DNA from: the human T2T-CHM13v2.0 reference genome, Homo sapiens
Length of the DNA: 64,000 nucleotides
Assembly (NCBI RefSeq): GCF_009914755.1
Contig: NC_060926.1
Reading direction: 5' to 3' (one strand)
Both the position numbers and the translations under genes were made by a program. The stretch's first letter is position 1. Each line of letters opens with the position of its first letter. The notes under the pieces were generated by a model. It did not search any database. It had not been told where the DNA came from and saw nothing but the letters and a program-made list of their open reading frames with translations. Below, in pieces: positions 25,891-40,459 of this stretch.

Positions 25891-26372
25891 TTAGCTTCTT
25901 TACCATCCCTTCTTCCATTGTAGTGAGTTATCACACCCAAAAAGTCCCAATAATTGATTTTGAAGTCTATCAGTCATTCATACTTTCATTCATTTATTTC
26001 TATGTGAAAGCATCTGACTTCAAATGCTAGATTTCGAAATGCACTATTTAACTAGGATTTGGGGCCAAAAATCAAGTAATTAAATGCAATTATTTTTCTA
26101 GTTAACTTAATTTCTTTATAATTTACTCTGTTAAATTTTCAGATATATTAAACCCTTTTTAAGAAAAGATTATGCCATAGAAACCTACAGAATTTTTTCC
26201 CAAAAAGCTGAATGAATCAAATTAGTAATTTATTGTAAAAAGAAATTTGAAAGTAACATGGTTGATTTCATTTGCCCCCTTATGCAAAGGTTATGACACA
26301 CAAATTGTTATATAATTATATATAAATATGAAATATTTTAACTTAAGTCTACTAAATATTTAATGCCCACTA

Positions 26373-26850
26373 TTGTATTAAAAATTTGTATATAGTTTCA
26401 ACTACAAATGATGAAACATACAACTAGAGTTATTTCTCTCTCACATGGAATACATCTGTCTGTAGTTCAGGGAGAGTAGAGTGAACACAGAGTCATCAAG
26501 GACTTTGACACCTCCTAACTTTATGGCCCATCTATTCTCAAGTTCATCTTTTGGTCTAAGATGACTGCTAGTGTTCCACCTTTCCAATTTTCATGTAGGA
26601 AGAAGAGGTGAGAGGGTTAAACCAGGTGCTTCCTAGCTATGTTAGTACCCTCTAAGGAGGCTTCCTGGAAACTTCCACCCCTCTGCCCTTCTTCAGTTTC
26701 CACTTTCATCACCATACATATGGTTTGCTGCAAGAGAGACTGGTAAACACAATGTTTTAGCTCAGCACATTGCTGCTCTGATTAAGATTGAGATGCCACT
26801 AAATAAAGAGAAGGGCAAATGAATATTAGATGAGCAACCAAGACAGGATG
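26373..26850. mobile_element. MLT1-type MaLR solo LTR (old)
   Basis: gagttatttctctctcacat..ggtctaagatgactgct..gctgcaagagagactggtaaac..ttttagctcagcacattgctg motifs. Confidence 0.6.
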
Positions 26851-26934
26851 CTAAGAATAAGAATTAAATTACCCTTATAAGATTCAATTCGAAGTAAGCA
26901 AGAATTTGGGGAATGGAAATCAAAATCTATTCTT

Positions 26935-28078
26935 TTTTTAAATTATTAGACTTTAAGTTCTGGGGTACATGTGCAGAACGTACAGGTTTGTTACATAGGT
27001 ATACATATGCCATGGTGGTTTGCCGCACCCATCAACCTGTCATCTACTTTAGGTATTTCTCCTAATGCTATCCCTCCCCGAGCCCCCTACCCCCTGACAG
27101 GCCCCAGTGTGTGATGTTCCCTTCCCTGTGTCCATGTGTTCTCATTGTTCAACTCCCACTTATGGTGAGAATGTGCGGTGTTTGGTTTTCTGTTCTTGTG
27201 TTAGTTTGCTGAGAATGATGGTTTCCAACTTCATCCATGTCCCTGTAAAGGACATGAACTCATTCTTTGTTTATGGCTGCATAGTATTCCATGGTGTATA
27301 TGTGCCACATTTTCTTAACCCATTCTATCATTGATGGGCATTTGGGTTGGTTCCAAGTCTTTGCTATTGTGAACAGTGCTGGAATAAACATACGTGTGTG
27401 TGTGTCTTTATAGTAAAATGATTTATAATCCTTTGGGCATTTACCCAGTAATGGGATGGCTAGGTCAAATGGTATTTCTAGTTCTAGATCCTTGAAGAAT
27501 CGCCACACTGTCTTCCACAATGGTTGAATTAGTTTATAGTTCCACCAACATTGTAAAAGCTTTCCTATTTCTCCACATCCTCTCCAGCATCTGTTGTTTC
27601 CTGACTTTTTAATGATCGCCATTCTAACTGGTGTGAGATGGTATCTCATTGTGGCTTTGATTTGCATTTCTCTAATGATCAGTGATGATGAGCATTATTT
27701 CATATGTTTGTTGGCTGCATAAATGTCTTCTTTTGAGAAGTGTCTGTTCATATCCTTTGCCCACTTTTTGATGGTTTTTTTCTTCTTGTAAATTTAAGTT
27801 CTTTGTAGGTTCTGAATATTAGCCCTTTGTCAGATGGATAGATTGCAAAAATTTTCTCCCATTTTGTAGGTTGCATGTTCACTCTGATGATAGTTTCCTT
27901 TGCTGTGCAGAAGCTCATTAGTTTAATTAGATCCCATTTATCTATTTTGGCTTGTGTTGCCTTTGCTTTTTGTGTTTTAGTCATAAAGTCTTTGTCCATG
28001 CCTGTGTCCTGAATGGTATTGCCTAGGTTTTCCTCTAGGGTTTTTATGATTTTTAAGTCCTACATTTAAGTCTTTAGT

Positions 28079-28083
<5 letters not shown>
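26935..28083 (-). mobile_element. L1PA (about PA7-PA8) 3' segment: ORF2 C-terminus, 3' UTR and short tail
   Basis: ORFs 27260-27667 ([30 protein letters not shown]) and 27748-27999 are L1 ORF2p C-terminal sequence. 3' end ctttaagttctggggtacatgtgcagaacg. Confidence 0.95.
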
Positions 28084-28850
<767 letters not shown>

Positions 28851-29119
28851 TAGTTGTTCCGCAAACAGTTTAAAAGGCTTTTTTTTCTACAGTTTTTAGG
28901 GAATTAAGATAGGTAACTCCTGCCTACAGCATACCAGCTTTTCTGGGAGGTAGAGGGCTTTGTTTCCCAGTAGCCTTCCCTTGCTGAGTTATACTGGCAG
29001 ATAGAAGCTGCCAATGAAGGCTTTGAGTGGCACGATGATCCCCATCATATGAGGAATCTGAAAAGCACTGGGAAGAGTTAGGCTTGGGGTGCAGTTCTTG
29101 CAAGTGTATGCCCTCCATT

Positions 29120-29330
29120 GAGTGGAACAAGAACTGAATGCTGACTTTCAGTAGCTGGCTATATGACCTGAGCAAGTTGCCTCACCTCTCTGAGCCCCAT
29201 TTTCTCAGCTGTAAAGTGAAAATGATATTAGTATCTACTTCATTGAGTTATTGTTAGGATTAATGGTATTGATGTGCACCATACATTGAGCACAGGGTCC
29301 AGAATGTAGGTGTACTAAATAAATGAGTAG
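29120..29330 (+). mobile_element. MIR SINE
   Basis: tgacctgagcaagttgcctcacctctctgagccccattttctcagctgtaaagtgaaaatgat. Confidence 0.8.
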
Positions 29331-29604
29331 GTATTTTTTGTTATCTTCTCTCCCCACAAAAGACTATATAGTCTTTTGGATAATATTGGTGCCCTCCGGT
29401 TCTTATATCATGTCTACCCCAAGGAAGGTGCTGGACATAACAGCAGTGAGCAACCAACGAATCAAGGTCTCTGCTGTCATCAAGATTGCATTCTTTTGTC
29501 ACTGGGAGTCCTTGAGGAATCACCGACAGAGAGGGGATAGTTGAAAATACAGAAGGGAATAACCTCAATAGAAGTGAAACAGTGATTGTCACATTTCACT
29601 CTGT

Positions 29605-29760
29605 AAAACGAATCTCATGGGTAGCCAACCAAAATGGAGATTCCTGAAATCCACAGTTCTGAAACTCAGCTCTGAGAAGGGATCAGGAATCTGCATTTTA
29701 TTCCTAAATCTTTCGGATACAGATGATTCATGGATCACACTTTTAAAAAAACACTGGTCT
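29605..29760. mobile_element. MER5-type hAT-Charlie fragment
   Basis: gggatcaggaatctgcatttta..ggatcacacttttaaaaaacactg. Confidence 0.6.
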
Positions 29761-29904
29761 AGGAAGTGGAGGAAAGAGAAACCTATAGGCTATAGTGAGA
29801 ATTTCTCCAGACAGTTTAATCCCTTTCCTAGTCCCTTTTCTAGGAAAACTGGGTTTGCTTCTTCAGGCTGGTTCAGTCTAGCCTCGTTTGGATAATTCTT
29901 TACT

Positions 29905-30080
29905 ATAGGGAGCTTGTTGTAGTTATCCACTGTAGGATGTTTAAGAACATCTTTGGCTTCTCCCAACTAGATGCCTGTAGCAACTTTTCTTCTCCAGTAG
30001 TGATAATCACAAACATCTCCAAACTTTGCTGAACGTATCCTGGAGTGGGTGGCAAAATTACCCCTAGATGAGAACCATAG
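29905..30080. mobile_element. MER20 hAT-Charlie element
   Basis: cactgtaggatgtttaag..ccaactagatgcctgtagca..aaacatctccaaactttgc..ggcaaaattacccctagatgagaacca. Confidence 0.75.
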
Positions 30081-30585
30081 GACTGGTTGAAATCTTGACC
30101 TTTCACCTAGGATAAACATACTGCTTTAAATGGAGCCTTTCAAGTCTTCCCTCTGGAAGGGTGGAAGATGGCAGATAAGATAGTTCCAGATTTAGCTGCC
30201 AACCTCGTTTCCAGCCAGGTGTCAGTGGGTGGAGGTACACTTCTCTAAAAGTCAGGCCCCTGAGAGCCCACCACAGTAATCCTCTAGACATAACCTTTCT
30301 ACAAAGTACAGAGGTCTAGATCTACCTCTTTGCCTGGTTATCCCCAAATCTTCCTGTCTTAGAGCTTATGTATTTCTATTCCCAACGGTAATTAAGGGTT
30401 TCAGTGAAAATATTGTCTGAAATAAAAGTTTAAACAAGGTAAAATGGCTTTCACTTCTTACTTTTTACAAACAAGAGTATTGAAGTTAAAACAATTGTTT
30501 TCATACCGCTTTTTTAGAAAACCTTTTCATATGTCATTACATATTTACCTAGTCTCTCTGTCTCTCTGTACATTTTAAAATTTTT

Positions 30586-30913
<328 letters not shown>

Positions 30914-31944
30914 CTACATTTTAAAAAATAAGAAAAAACTAAAGTGATAGTTAAAATAATCATTTTAATAATGTTAAGAACATAAGGCTAAGGATCCCCT
31001 TGAGATTCAAATTACTTCTGTGTTTGTTAATATATATTATGATGATGAGTAACTCTGCCATGTTGAAATTAGTGCTGGGTGAGCCCTTCAAACCAAGCAA
31101 GTTGTAGGTAGAAGCTGAAGAAGTTGCATGGCTTAGCATTCGTTTTTTAAAAGAAAATTGGAGAACTGTAACAGGCAGTGACTTCAGATGTAACAGAAAT
31201 CATGCTTTCTTTCAAAGATATACCTTCGGTATAATTGAAGAATTTTTCCTGGCATTTTTTAATGTATCAGATAAAGGAATAATGATGCAACCTTTACATC
31301 TTGTAATAAATATGGAGGTGATTTAACTTTGTCAAAGGCTAGATTCACAGGGACTCTAAGATAGCAATTGTGCCATGAGGAAACTTTCATCTTAATATTA
31401 AGCATGATTTTTAGTAGGTACAAGATACTGTATCATACCATCTCCAGCCCTTTAATGTTTATCTTTGTTCCTTGGTTAAAAGTTGTCATCTTATTGGAAG
31501 TTAAAGGTAGTACTTTTTTTTCAAAGAAGTTTTCCAATTGCATGAACTTGAGGCTTTCTTTCAAAGAAACCACTAATTTTTTCTTTTTTTTTTTTTTAGC
31601 AACACTATTATGCATTTCCAGTCCGCTGAGGATTCGATTCCTTTAATCTGTTGTTTTGAAAGTTTCTTGTATAACTCAGCCTTGTTGCAAGGGAACAGAC
31701 AATATGTTGTCCATCCATGGAGGCTCTTTGTTGGACCAAAGAGATGATATTTCCAGTTTTAGATTGAAGGGAACCCTTTGGCGCTTTTGCTGAATTTTCC
31801 CTGAAGTACATTCACTCCAGGAGAAACAGACTAGAAGGTTCCAATTAGGCCAAGCCCTGGCAGGCACCTATATGGAGAAGTATCCTGGCTTATTAGGAGA
31901 ACCACCTTAAATGCCCTTTATTTCATCTTTTATTTAAAGGCAGT

Positions 31945-32135
31945 TGGAACTGTGGTATATTGATAAATGCACTATACCTGAGGATACAGGTCATGCGCTT
32001 GAATCCCTGGTAATTGTCTATTAGCTAGCAAGTTCTTCCTCCCTAAGCCTCAGTTTCCTATCTGTAGAATGATGCGCCTAAAGTGATGTAGTACTTTTTG
32101 TTGTTGTTGTTGTTGAGAATTAAGTGATAGTAGCA
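31945..32135 (+). mobile_element. MIR SINE
   Basis: gcaagttcttcctccctaagcctcagtttcctatctgtagaatg. Confidence 0.7.
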
Positions 32136-33049
32136 TATAGGAGAGATCTAATTGGTTGGGAGGGTCAATATGTTTTGAATCTGGAAAAAAAATAAAGTAT
32201 ATTAACCAATAGAGAAGTACTAATCAACTTTTATTGATTATTAAATTGATGCATAAGACCACCTGACTGATAAATAATTGATGTTCAGGGGCAGCCTGCA
32301 CCAAGGAAACATAAGAGAATCCTTCACAGAACAGACCATCCATAATCTCCATTTGTACAGCGAATCCCAGCATGATTTATGTGGTTCTAGCCTTAGTGGA
32401 GAACATACCAGCATACCAGTAAAGGTGGGCAAGAAGCTACTTATTCATAAAGACTCAGAAATCTAGCTATGGCAACATGACCCCCCCCACCCCAACACAC
32501 ACACACACACACAGTCTTGGAGGACAATGCAGTAAATAAGTAACTAAAGATTTGATTCCAGAATAAATGGCAACCAGATTTAAGGTGGAATCACCAAGGA
32601 CAGGCTCATCAATGAGCTGACAGCTCCTATTGTAAGAATGGTCTACCTTCAGTTTTTGGTTGAATTTCTTTGTCTTTTTGTGCTGCACTCCAAAGCCAAA
32701 TTTGAGGGCCCCAAGCATGTTTCCTGTGTTCTATAGTTTGGAAACTGTATTTCCTGACCATTCTCTGTAACTGGAAAAAAATAAGATCGTAACTAGGCTA
32801 CCCCACGAGTACTTCAGGTAGAAGAAGAAAACTTCTTTTAGAAGTACTTTTCTCTTGTTTTGCTAGGGCTTATCATGCCCTCATGCTATGCTGGTCATCT
32901 GTTGGAATACCCTCTCCTGTGGAGCCAAGACCCTGGGACTGAGGCACCGAGGAGTTCTAATAAATTAAAATGAAGATCCCAAAAGAACTTCCCAAAGGTA
33001 CCCAGAGGTGATGTAATAATCTTTTATAGTCACAGACTTCTCTAAAATT

Positions 33050-33225
33050 TAACAAGTATTTTATTTTCTCACTTGGACCTCAGAATAACTCACAAAAGTA
33101 TATTGTTATTAACCCCCTTTTACAGTTGAAAAAATAAATAGAAACTCAAAGAGATTACAGAGTGTCCAAACTTTCACAGCCAGTAAGTGGGACAGCCAAG
33201 ACTTAGAGCCAGTTTCTCTAATGTA
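33050..33225 (-). mobile_element. MIR SINE
   Basis: ttattaacccccttttacagttga..gaaactcaaagagatta..cacagccagtaagtggg. Confidence 0.65.
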
Positions 33226-34324
33226 TTATCTTGTGCTTTGTGCAGTGTAAGGATGGTGCTGGTATCTCTGTGCTCTGTAGACTAGTGGTTGAACAAGAAA
33301 TACAGGGAATAGCATGTTTCAGATGGTATAGATGATAACAGGTAATATGTATTAGGTTCTTATAAATTATATTATCAGCCTCACATCATTTCGTGGTGTG
33401 TGCTGCATGACACATTAAAAGATTATGTTTTAAAAGTTTTTAAATTTTTTGATAAATAAGTGGTATATAACGTTTAGGGATAAGGAGAATTAGAAGTTGT
33501 ATTTAATTGTATTTAATCAAGTTTTCTGTGAACATGTAGACAGCTTTTTTGGCTGCTGGCAAGAAAATGAAAAAGTGGAAGATGATGTTCCCTGCAATTT
33601 GACTAATTCATATCTCAGGTGAATCCTGATGGCAAGATTGGGAGTTTGTACAACTTTTCTCCCCTTATGGCTTAAGGAAGTTCACCTCATGACTGCTTCG
33701 TCACATGACTCACGCTTGTGAACAGTTAAAACACATCATAAGGCATGTTTCCCTCCACATAAATGGCATCAATAGCCAGGAATAAAGACTTAGGGCAGGA
33801 AAAGCCTATGGTAGATCTGCCTGGTCAAAGAAGACTGCATGTTCTACCCAGAAATGAATTTTATGAGCCTTCAAGTAGACCAAAAAAAGTTAACTTTTCT
33901 CTATTTCGGTTTTCTCATATATAAAGCAGCAATGATGGTATTCAACTTGTACATGTTATGAAGATTAATTTATTAAGGCACCAGCACTATACCTAGCAAA
34001 CATAATTCTGTGCCTCTTAGATGCTGGTGCTATTAATGGAGGAGATGGTTTTTAAATTGTGGCTGTCTTTTGAGCAAAGACTGATCTTGAAATGCTTACA
34101 TGCAAGGTACAGTAAGAGGAAGAAGACATAGATACGTATTGCAATTTGGCTGAAGTTTACTTTCTCTTTTATTTCTCCAAATTTTACTCTCCTGACAATC
34201 TCATGTATTTGCAAGAATGAATAGGTAGTAAGAATGGATACTGAACTAGGCATTGTGCCCTAGCTTTGTGTCTTTGGACAAGCCTTTCACGTCCTATTTC
34301 CCCACCCATAAAATTACAATGCTT

Positions 34325-35165
34325 CAACATCTCGGCAAATATTTATGGAGGACTCATATGCTAGGCACTGTTTTAGATGTTTGGGATATAATGGGAGGTG
34401 GTGAACAAGAAACATAAAAATATGAGTATATAAGAATATTAAAATAGAGAAAGAATGGCAAATTAAGGCATGAGGATGGAAATGGAGCTGCAATTTGAAA
34501 AGTATGGCTTGGGTAGTTTTCACCAAGATGCTGATATTTGGATAAAGTTCAGATGGATGTGAGGGAGCAAGCCTTACAGGTATCTCAGGTGGGGAAGAGT
34601 TTTCTAGGCAGAAGAAATAGTAAGCGCTAAGGCCTTACATTGCAAACATGACTGGTCTTTCTGAGCAGTAAACAAGAAACCAGTATTTAGGAATTGAGTT
34701 AATGAGAGCAAAATCAGAAGTATTGGGCCCCATGTGAAGACCATTTTGATAGATTTGGATTTAACTCAGTCTGTGATTGGGAAGCCACTCAAGGTTGTTG
34801 ATAAGATAAGTGATATTGAGTTCATGTAACAGGATCGTTCTGGCTTCCATTTGAGAATAAACGGGGTAAAGGGTGGGAAGCAAGGAAACTAGTTAGGGGA
34901 AGCTTTTGTAACAAGCCAGTAAGAGGTTCTGAGAAGTTGGCCAAGTGGATAAGAGTGAAGAAGATGAAAAGAGATCAAGTAATAGATATGTTTTGAAAAT
35001 ATTGCTGACAGGACATGATGGCAGATTAGATGTTGAGTTGGAGAAAACAGGTATAGCATAAGATTCTGGGTGTTTAACCAAAGCATTGGGAAGAACTGTG
35101 TTGCCAATAACTGAGATGAAGAGGCATGCACGAGGGTCAGGTTAGGGGCAAGGGTGGAGTTAATC
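34325..35165 (-). mobile_element. L2 LINE fragment
   Basis: caaatatttatggaggactcatatgctaggcactgttttag tail, then typical L2 body (gggaagccact, aggatcgttctggct, atatgttttgaa). Confidence 0.75.
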
Positions 35166-35929
35166 ATAGAGCTCTCACTGTCTCTGGAAGGTTGGGAACA
35201 GTCTACAAGAAAAGGCTTACGGATGCTTAGATCATTCTCTTCATGTCAAGAGGTGGTCTTTGTGAAGATAACTCTTGCAAGAACCTGAAGTATAATTTAG
35301 ATGGAAGATAGATAATAGAATGGTTACAACTCATTGTTAAAAGTAATAGGAAACCCCTACCTGCATCTGTGATCGTGTACACAGTAATCATTTGAAAATT
35401 ATTTGAATGTGTGTTAATGTTAGTGGTGGATTTACAGCTCACAATGGAAAAAGCAGTGACCAGGAAAAAAGAAAATGATTTGGAGGGCATTATTCTGTGT
35501 CAACTCAAAAAATATTTTAAAGAAGACAGAAAAAGTTCAATTATTAAAAACCCATGGATCGACTGCTCAAATTTAAAACTAATTTAGTTAAAATTACTGA
35601 TTTTTAAACTATTATACTAAAGACCTCTTATGAGCCCTTAAATGATGATAGCATTTCCTCTTAATTCTAATTTCTGTAATGAAAAAAGAGTTGAAATTTT
35701 AGGTTAATGTAGTGAATTATTTTATATAGCTACATATGTGTCTAACATTTTACTTCAATTTTCTGTGCTATAGTTAAGAGCTCATTCGTTATGAATTATG
35801 TGAGGAGAAATTATATTAGAGGTAGAAGTGATATTAATATACTCTTAATTGGAGCAATGATTGCACAGGTGACATGAGTCAAATCATAGCCCTCTCCTGT
35901 GCAGTTCTGTTAGTTAGAAGGCCCACACT

Positions 35930-36122
35930 GGATATGGTAAATGGTTTTATGATGATTGCTAACTCTCATCAATTGCTAGTGTTTGACTGAGCTATGTGTT
36001 GAGAAGAATGCTGAGACCATGGCTAGGATCAGTAGGAAAAAAGGACCTGATTGATTGGGCATATCTGTTAAGGATACCAATGAAGAAATGGCAGTAAATG
36101 TGTCACACACTAATCATCCTTG
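35930..36122. mobile_element. Old hAT-type MER DNA element (subfamily uncertain)
   Basis: ctaactctcatcaattgctagtg..tgtgttgagaagaatgctgag..tgattgattgg..catccttg. Confidence 0.45.
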
Positions 36123-36187
36123 TTTTATTGGTTCTAGAAAGGGCTTAGAGTATTGACAAGTATGGGTTGTCTTAAGGATGCCCATTG

Positions 36188-36208
36188 CTTTTTTTTTTTT
36201 TTTTTTTT
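36188..36208. repeat. T21 homopolymer
   Basis: Direct reading. Confidence 0.9.
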
Positions 36209-37414
36209 GATATATATCTTCTTGCCTTTTCCTGGCTTTTACACCCATTAGCCCAGGCACTGTCCTTTTCAATAACCTTGGATTTGTTCTTTGGAAGGTC
36301 TTTTCATATAACCTGCCATTTGCTACTTTATTTGGTTAGTAAATGTGTGCAGAGCAGGACCAAAGGCAGCAAGATTGTTGTACTTATGTTCTGGAAAGCT
36401 AGTTGGATGAGATTTTCAAGTAATCCTAAAGAATATGTAGATTCGAAACTGGGAATTTATTGGTAGACTTAGATGCTGAGATAAGGTCAGTCTTAGTTAG
36501 AGATGGCAGGTGCTGGCTTCAGTGGTTTAAGACCGAATAAAAGATTAAAAATTATGCATTTATAACCCACTTTGTAGCAAAATACAGTTAAAGATTTAGG
36601 AAACAGTGCTAGGGAACCCAAGTGTTTGTGTTTTGAAGGAGATAAACACAGAGCTTTGGGAGATTTGGCCTTCAGTGTTTGGTAGGCACTTCCAAACAAG
36701 AAGGGGGCTCCCTTTTAGGGGTAGTGAGGGATCTCAGCTGGGGTCTAACAGTGTATACCTGAGAATCGAATGAGGTAAGGTGGTGTCATCCTTTACCAGG
36801 TAACACCATTTGGTTTTTAATATGAGATATTTATAAATGATATTCTTAACCAAAATGAATAGCTGGAATTTGGGGAATTTAAGGTCCTTGAAGTGGTCGT
36901 ATAAAATATTTTATATAGACTATTTATTTTGATGCTTCCCAAATTACATGTTTAAACATCAGCTTCCCAGGCTAGATTGCCTTTCCTCCACCTTCTAGTA
37001 GAGCCACCTTGACTCTCTATTATCAGTATTCCTTACCAAGTCCTAAATGTTCTTAGATATTTTAGGTGTCACATTTTTACATAAAATTCCTATGTTTTCT
37101 TGCACTCAGTCTTGACTACCCCTTTATTCCATCTAAAGGATTCAGTAGTGCTAGAAAAGATACATAAGTGTTGGTATTTTCCTATTCCCCTCATGAACTT
37201 CTCCATTCCTTATCCCTAAAACTGTAATATTCAGGCACTGAGACCAAGCCAAGATGGTGGTAGCTTCAGTAAGAAGAGAGTTTAAAAAAATCTAAAATGC
37301 TGAATGGGGGAAACTTTGAAAGGAAAAGAAGGATGAAGATGTAGGAAAAGAGAAACATAAATTTTTTAAGACCATGTTTGGACTCACCTGGTGATTTAAG
37401 GAAAGATGGGTCAT

Positions 37415-37640
37415 AGTAATAATAAAAGCTGAGATGTATTAAGGGCTTACCATGTGCCAGGCACTCAACTTCAGTGGCATTATCTCATTTAATGCTTTAT
37501 AATACTAGAAAGTGCTATTTTCATTTTTAATTTTAAAGAACTTTTATGAGGTAGAGGTAAGTTTAGTGGTTGTTCAAGATCGTGTAGTTAGTGATCCATC
37601 CAGTCAAGGTTTGAACTCAGGCTTTAAGTCTAGAGTCCAG
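37415..37640 (-). mobile_element. MIR SINE
   Basis: gggcttaccatgtgccaggcact..cattatctcatttaat..ggtttgaactcagg. Confidence 0.7.
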
Positions 37641-39432
37641 GTTTCCCTCAGTAGGAGAGATGAAAACATGCATGTAAGAATGAATTACCAGTGACAGAGA
37701 GTGCACAGGAGAGGAAGAAAGAGGTGGGGAAGAGGTGATCACAGGAACAAAAGGGGCTGGGGTCCCAAGGAGAGGCAGCAAACATTCACTGGGAACGGAA
37801 TCTCTCTGCTCTCTCCTCATCCTGGACCTCGGTAGCAACAGAGCCTTTGACTAGTTATTTCCATACACCTGATGAGGAGAGGATCACAGGCTGCATGGGT
37901 GTTTACTTCCCCCAACATATGAATAATGCCACATTAGAACATAGCTCCTAGGGCTTAGATGAGAAGAGAAGTGAAAGAATGAGGAAGGATCGTTCCAGAT
38001 CTTCAGATTTTGCTAATTTTCCAGGCATAGTACTCCACCAACCTGCACCCAAACCGCAGCCTTTGACTCTTCTAGTCTACTTTTCTCTCAGTGATTATGC
38101 ATTGCATGCTGGAGGGTAGGAGCCATTTTGCAAGTTATTAAATGGCCTTCAGTACTTAGCAGCAGATACCATGTTCATACAAGGTTAGGCAGTTCAGAAA
38201 GGGTGGGGTCATTTAGTGACTTTGATCCATTTTATGAAAACATATTTCTCATGGGTTCCTAGATAATTGTTCCTCTTACATTTGTCTTCTGGTCATGATG
38301 ATATCACCTAGGGAGGGAGAAGGGTAGAAATAGAGGGATCAAAGGTAGTGATGCTCTGCTAGCTGGCTCTCCTATCGGTAAGGCAAAAAGGAGGCTTAGC
38401 TCCTTGCATAATTATTTATGAGACATAAACCTTGGGTGGTCAAGACATGCTGATGCACAGAATCAGAGACAAGATCAACAGTTAATGCCTTATGTATTCA
38501 TGTGACATAAGGACTGTCTGCCCAAGAATATTTCCCAATTATGGGGGGGTGCCTGAAAGCCCATTGGCTCTTCTCTTTGTTGCATAATTCCTCATGATTT
38601 TTTTGTTACATGGAAACCAATAACTTAGAGGAGGTCTCTGGCAGGAGATCCTGAAGGGTTGGGATAAGCGAGGGTGCTGAAAGGAAGGCAAGGAAAGAGT
38701 AAGTATAGGAAAAGAAGGTGGGGACTACCTGGATAAACAGGTGGCCCTGTTCCGAACTTTCCAAGGGCCAACCTGTCAGTACTCCCACTTATCTTTGAGA
38801 TTTCCATGTTAGAAAGAATGCCTTGTTTCGGGTTGAGCAAAAACTGTTTCACCTTTATTGGTGAGAAAAAAAATGGCTCTAAGCCATATTTAGGAAATTT
38901 GTTGACTATAATTAAGATTTCATGGGCGTCCCCAAGGTTTACTTACCCATAATTGAAAAAATGCAAATGAAGACAGTTAATCAGTGGACTGGCCGACTAT
39001 GAAGCACTACTACCTATGTAAATGAATTAAAAATGAAGACACAAAATATGTCCAGTTGAGAAAGTTACCAAAGAGCCAAGTGGTAAATTTCTCAGCAAGG
39101 CTGTGGAGAATTTTTTCTTAGCCTGACAGCCTGCAGTGCCTTCCTGCCAAGGTCTTTGCCAATTTAATCTTGAGCCATTCCATACAGATTTCCTCACAAC
39201 TGGCCTTCAGCACTGGCTGGTTCTCTGGCATTACTTAAGGAAGCCCTGAAGAAAAGATAACAGACCTCTTTGTCCTCTTTTCTGTGTAATTGATCCACTA
39301 CTTAGAGCTGTAAAATATTTGCTTTACAAGATCCTGTTATCAAATGGAATTTGAAACTCTTTAGGAGTTATCGCACAGAATTTCACTTATCAGGGATCAG
39401 TATGTGTTGTAATATTAACTCTTTTAATGTGG

Positions 39433-39727
39433 TTTTGTTTGTTTTGAGACACAGTCTGTTTCTGTCACCCAGGGTGGAGTGCAGTGGCTCCATCTCAGCT
39501 CACTACAACCTCCGCCTCCTGGGTTCAAGTGATTCTCCTGCCTCAGCCTCCCCAGTAGTTGGGATTACAGGCACCTGCCACCACGCCAGGCTAATTTTTG
39601 TATTTTTGGTAGAGATGGGGTTTCACCATGTTGGCCAGACTGGTCTCGATCTCCTGACCTCAAGTGATCCGCCCACCTCGGCCTCCTAAAATGCTGGGAT
39701 TATAGGCATGAACCACCATGCCCAGCC
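39433..39727 (-). mobile_element. AluS (Sx/Sz-like) SINE
   Basis: Full antisense dimer ttttgagac..cctcaagtgatccgcccacctcggcctcc..cccagcc. Confidence 0.95.
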
Positions 39728-39730
39728 TTG

Positions 39731-39731
<1 letters not shown>

Positions 39732-39772
<41 letters not shown>
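39732..39772. repeat. (TG)20 microsatellite
   Basis: Perfect run directly beside the Alu 5' end. Confidence 0.95.
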
Positions 39773-39773
<1 letters not shown>

Positions 39774-40052
39774 TGTGTTTTTAACAATAAATACAACATA
39801 TCTGTGATGGTCACTTTTACCTCTAACACCATCCTTCCTTGTTAAAATATGCAACCAATTTTTATCACCTGATTTAAAATCATCCCCAAAATGTTTTGCA
39901 TTTCTGTTAATACTTAAATCTTCTCCTTAATGATTTCATTAATTAGCAACTCATAATATGGTATTAGTACAAAAAAGTGCACAATATGTCTGTAAAATCA
40001 GCTGTGGAAATAAAAGCATAAATGCAACATCCTTTAGATAAAAATATTTGTC

Positions 40053-40459
<407 letters not shown>

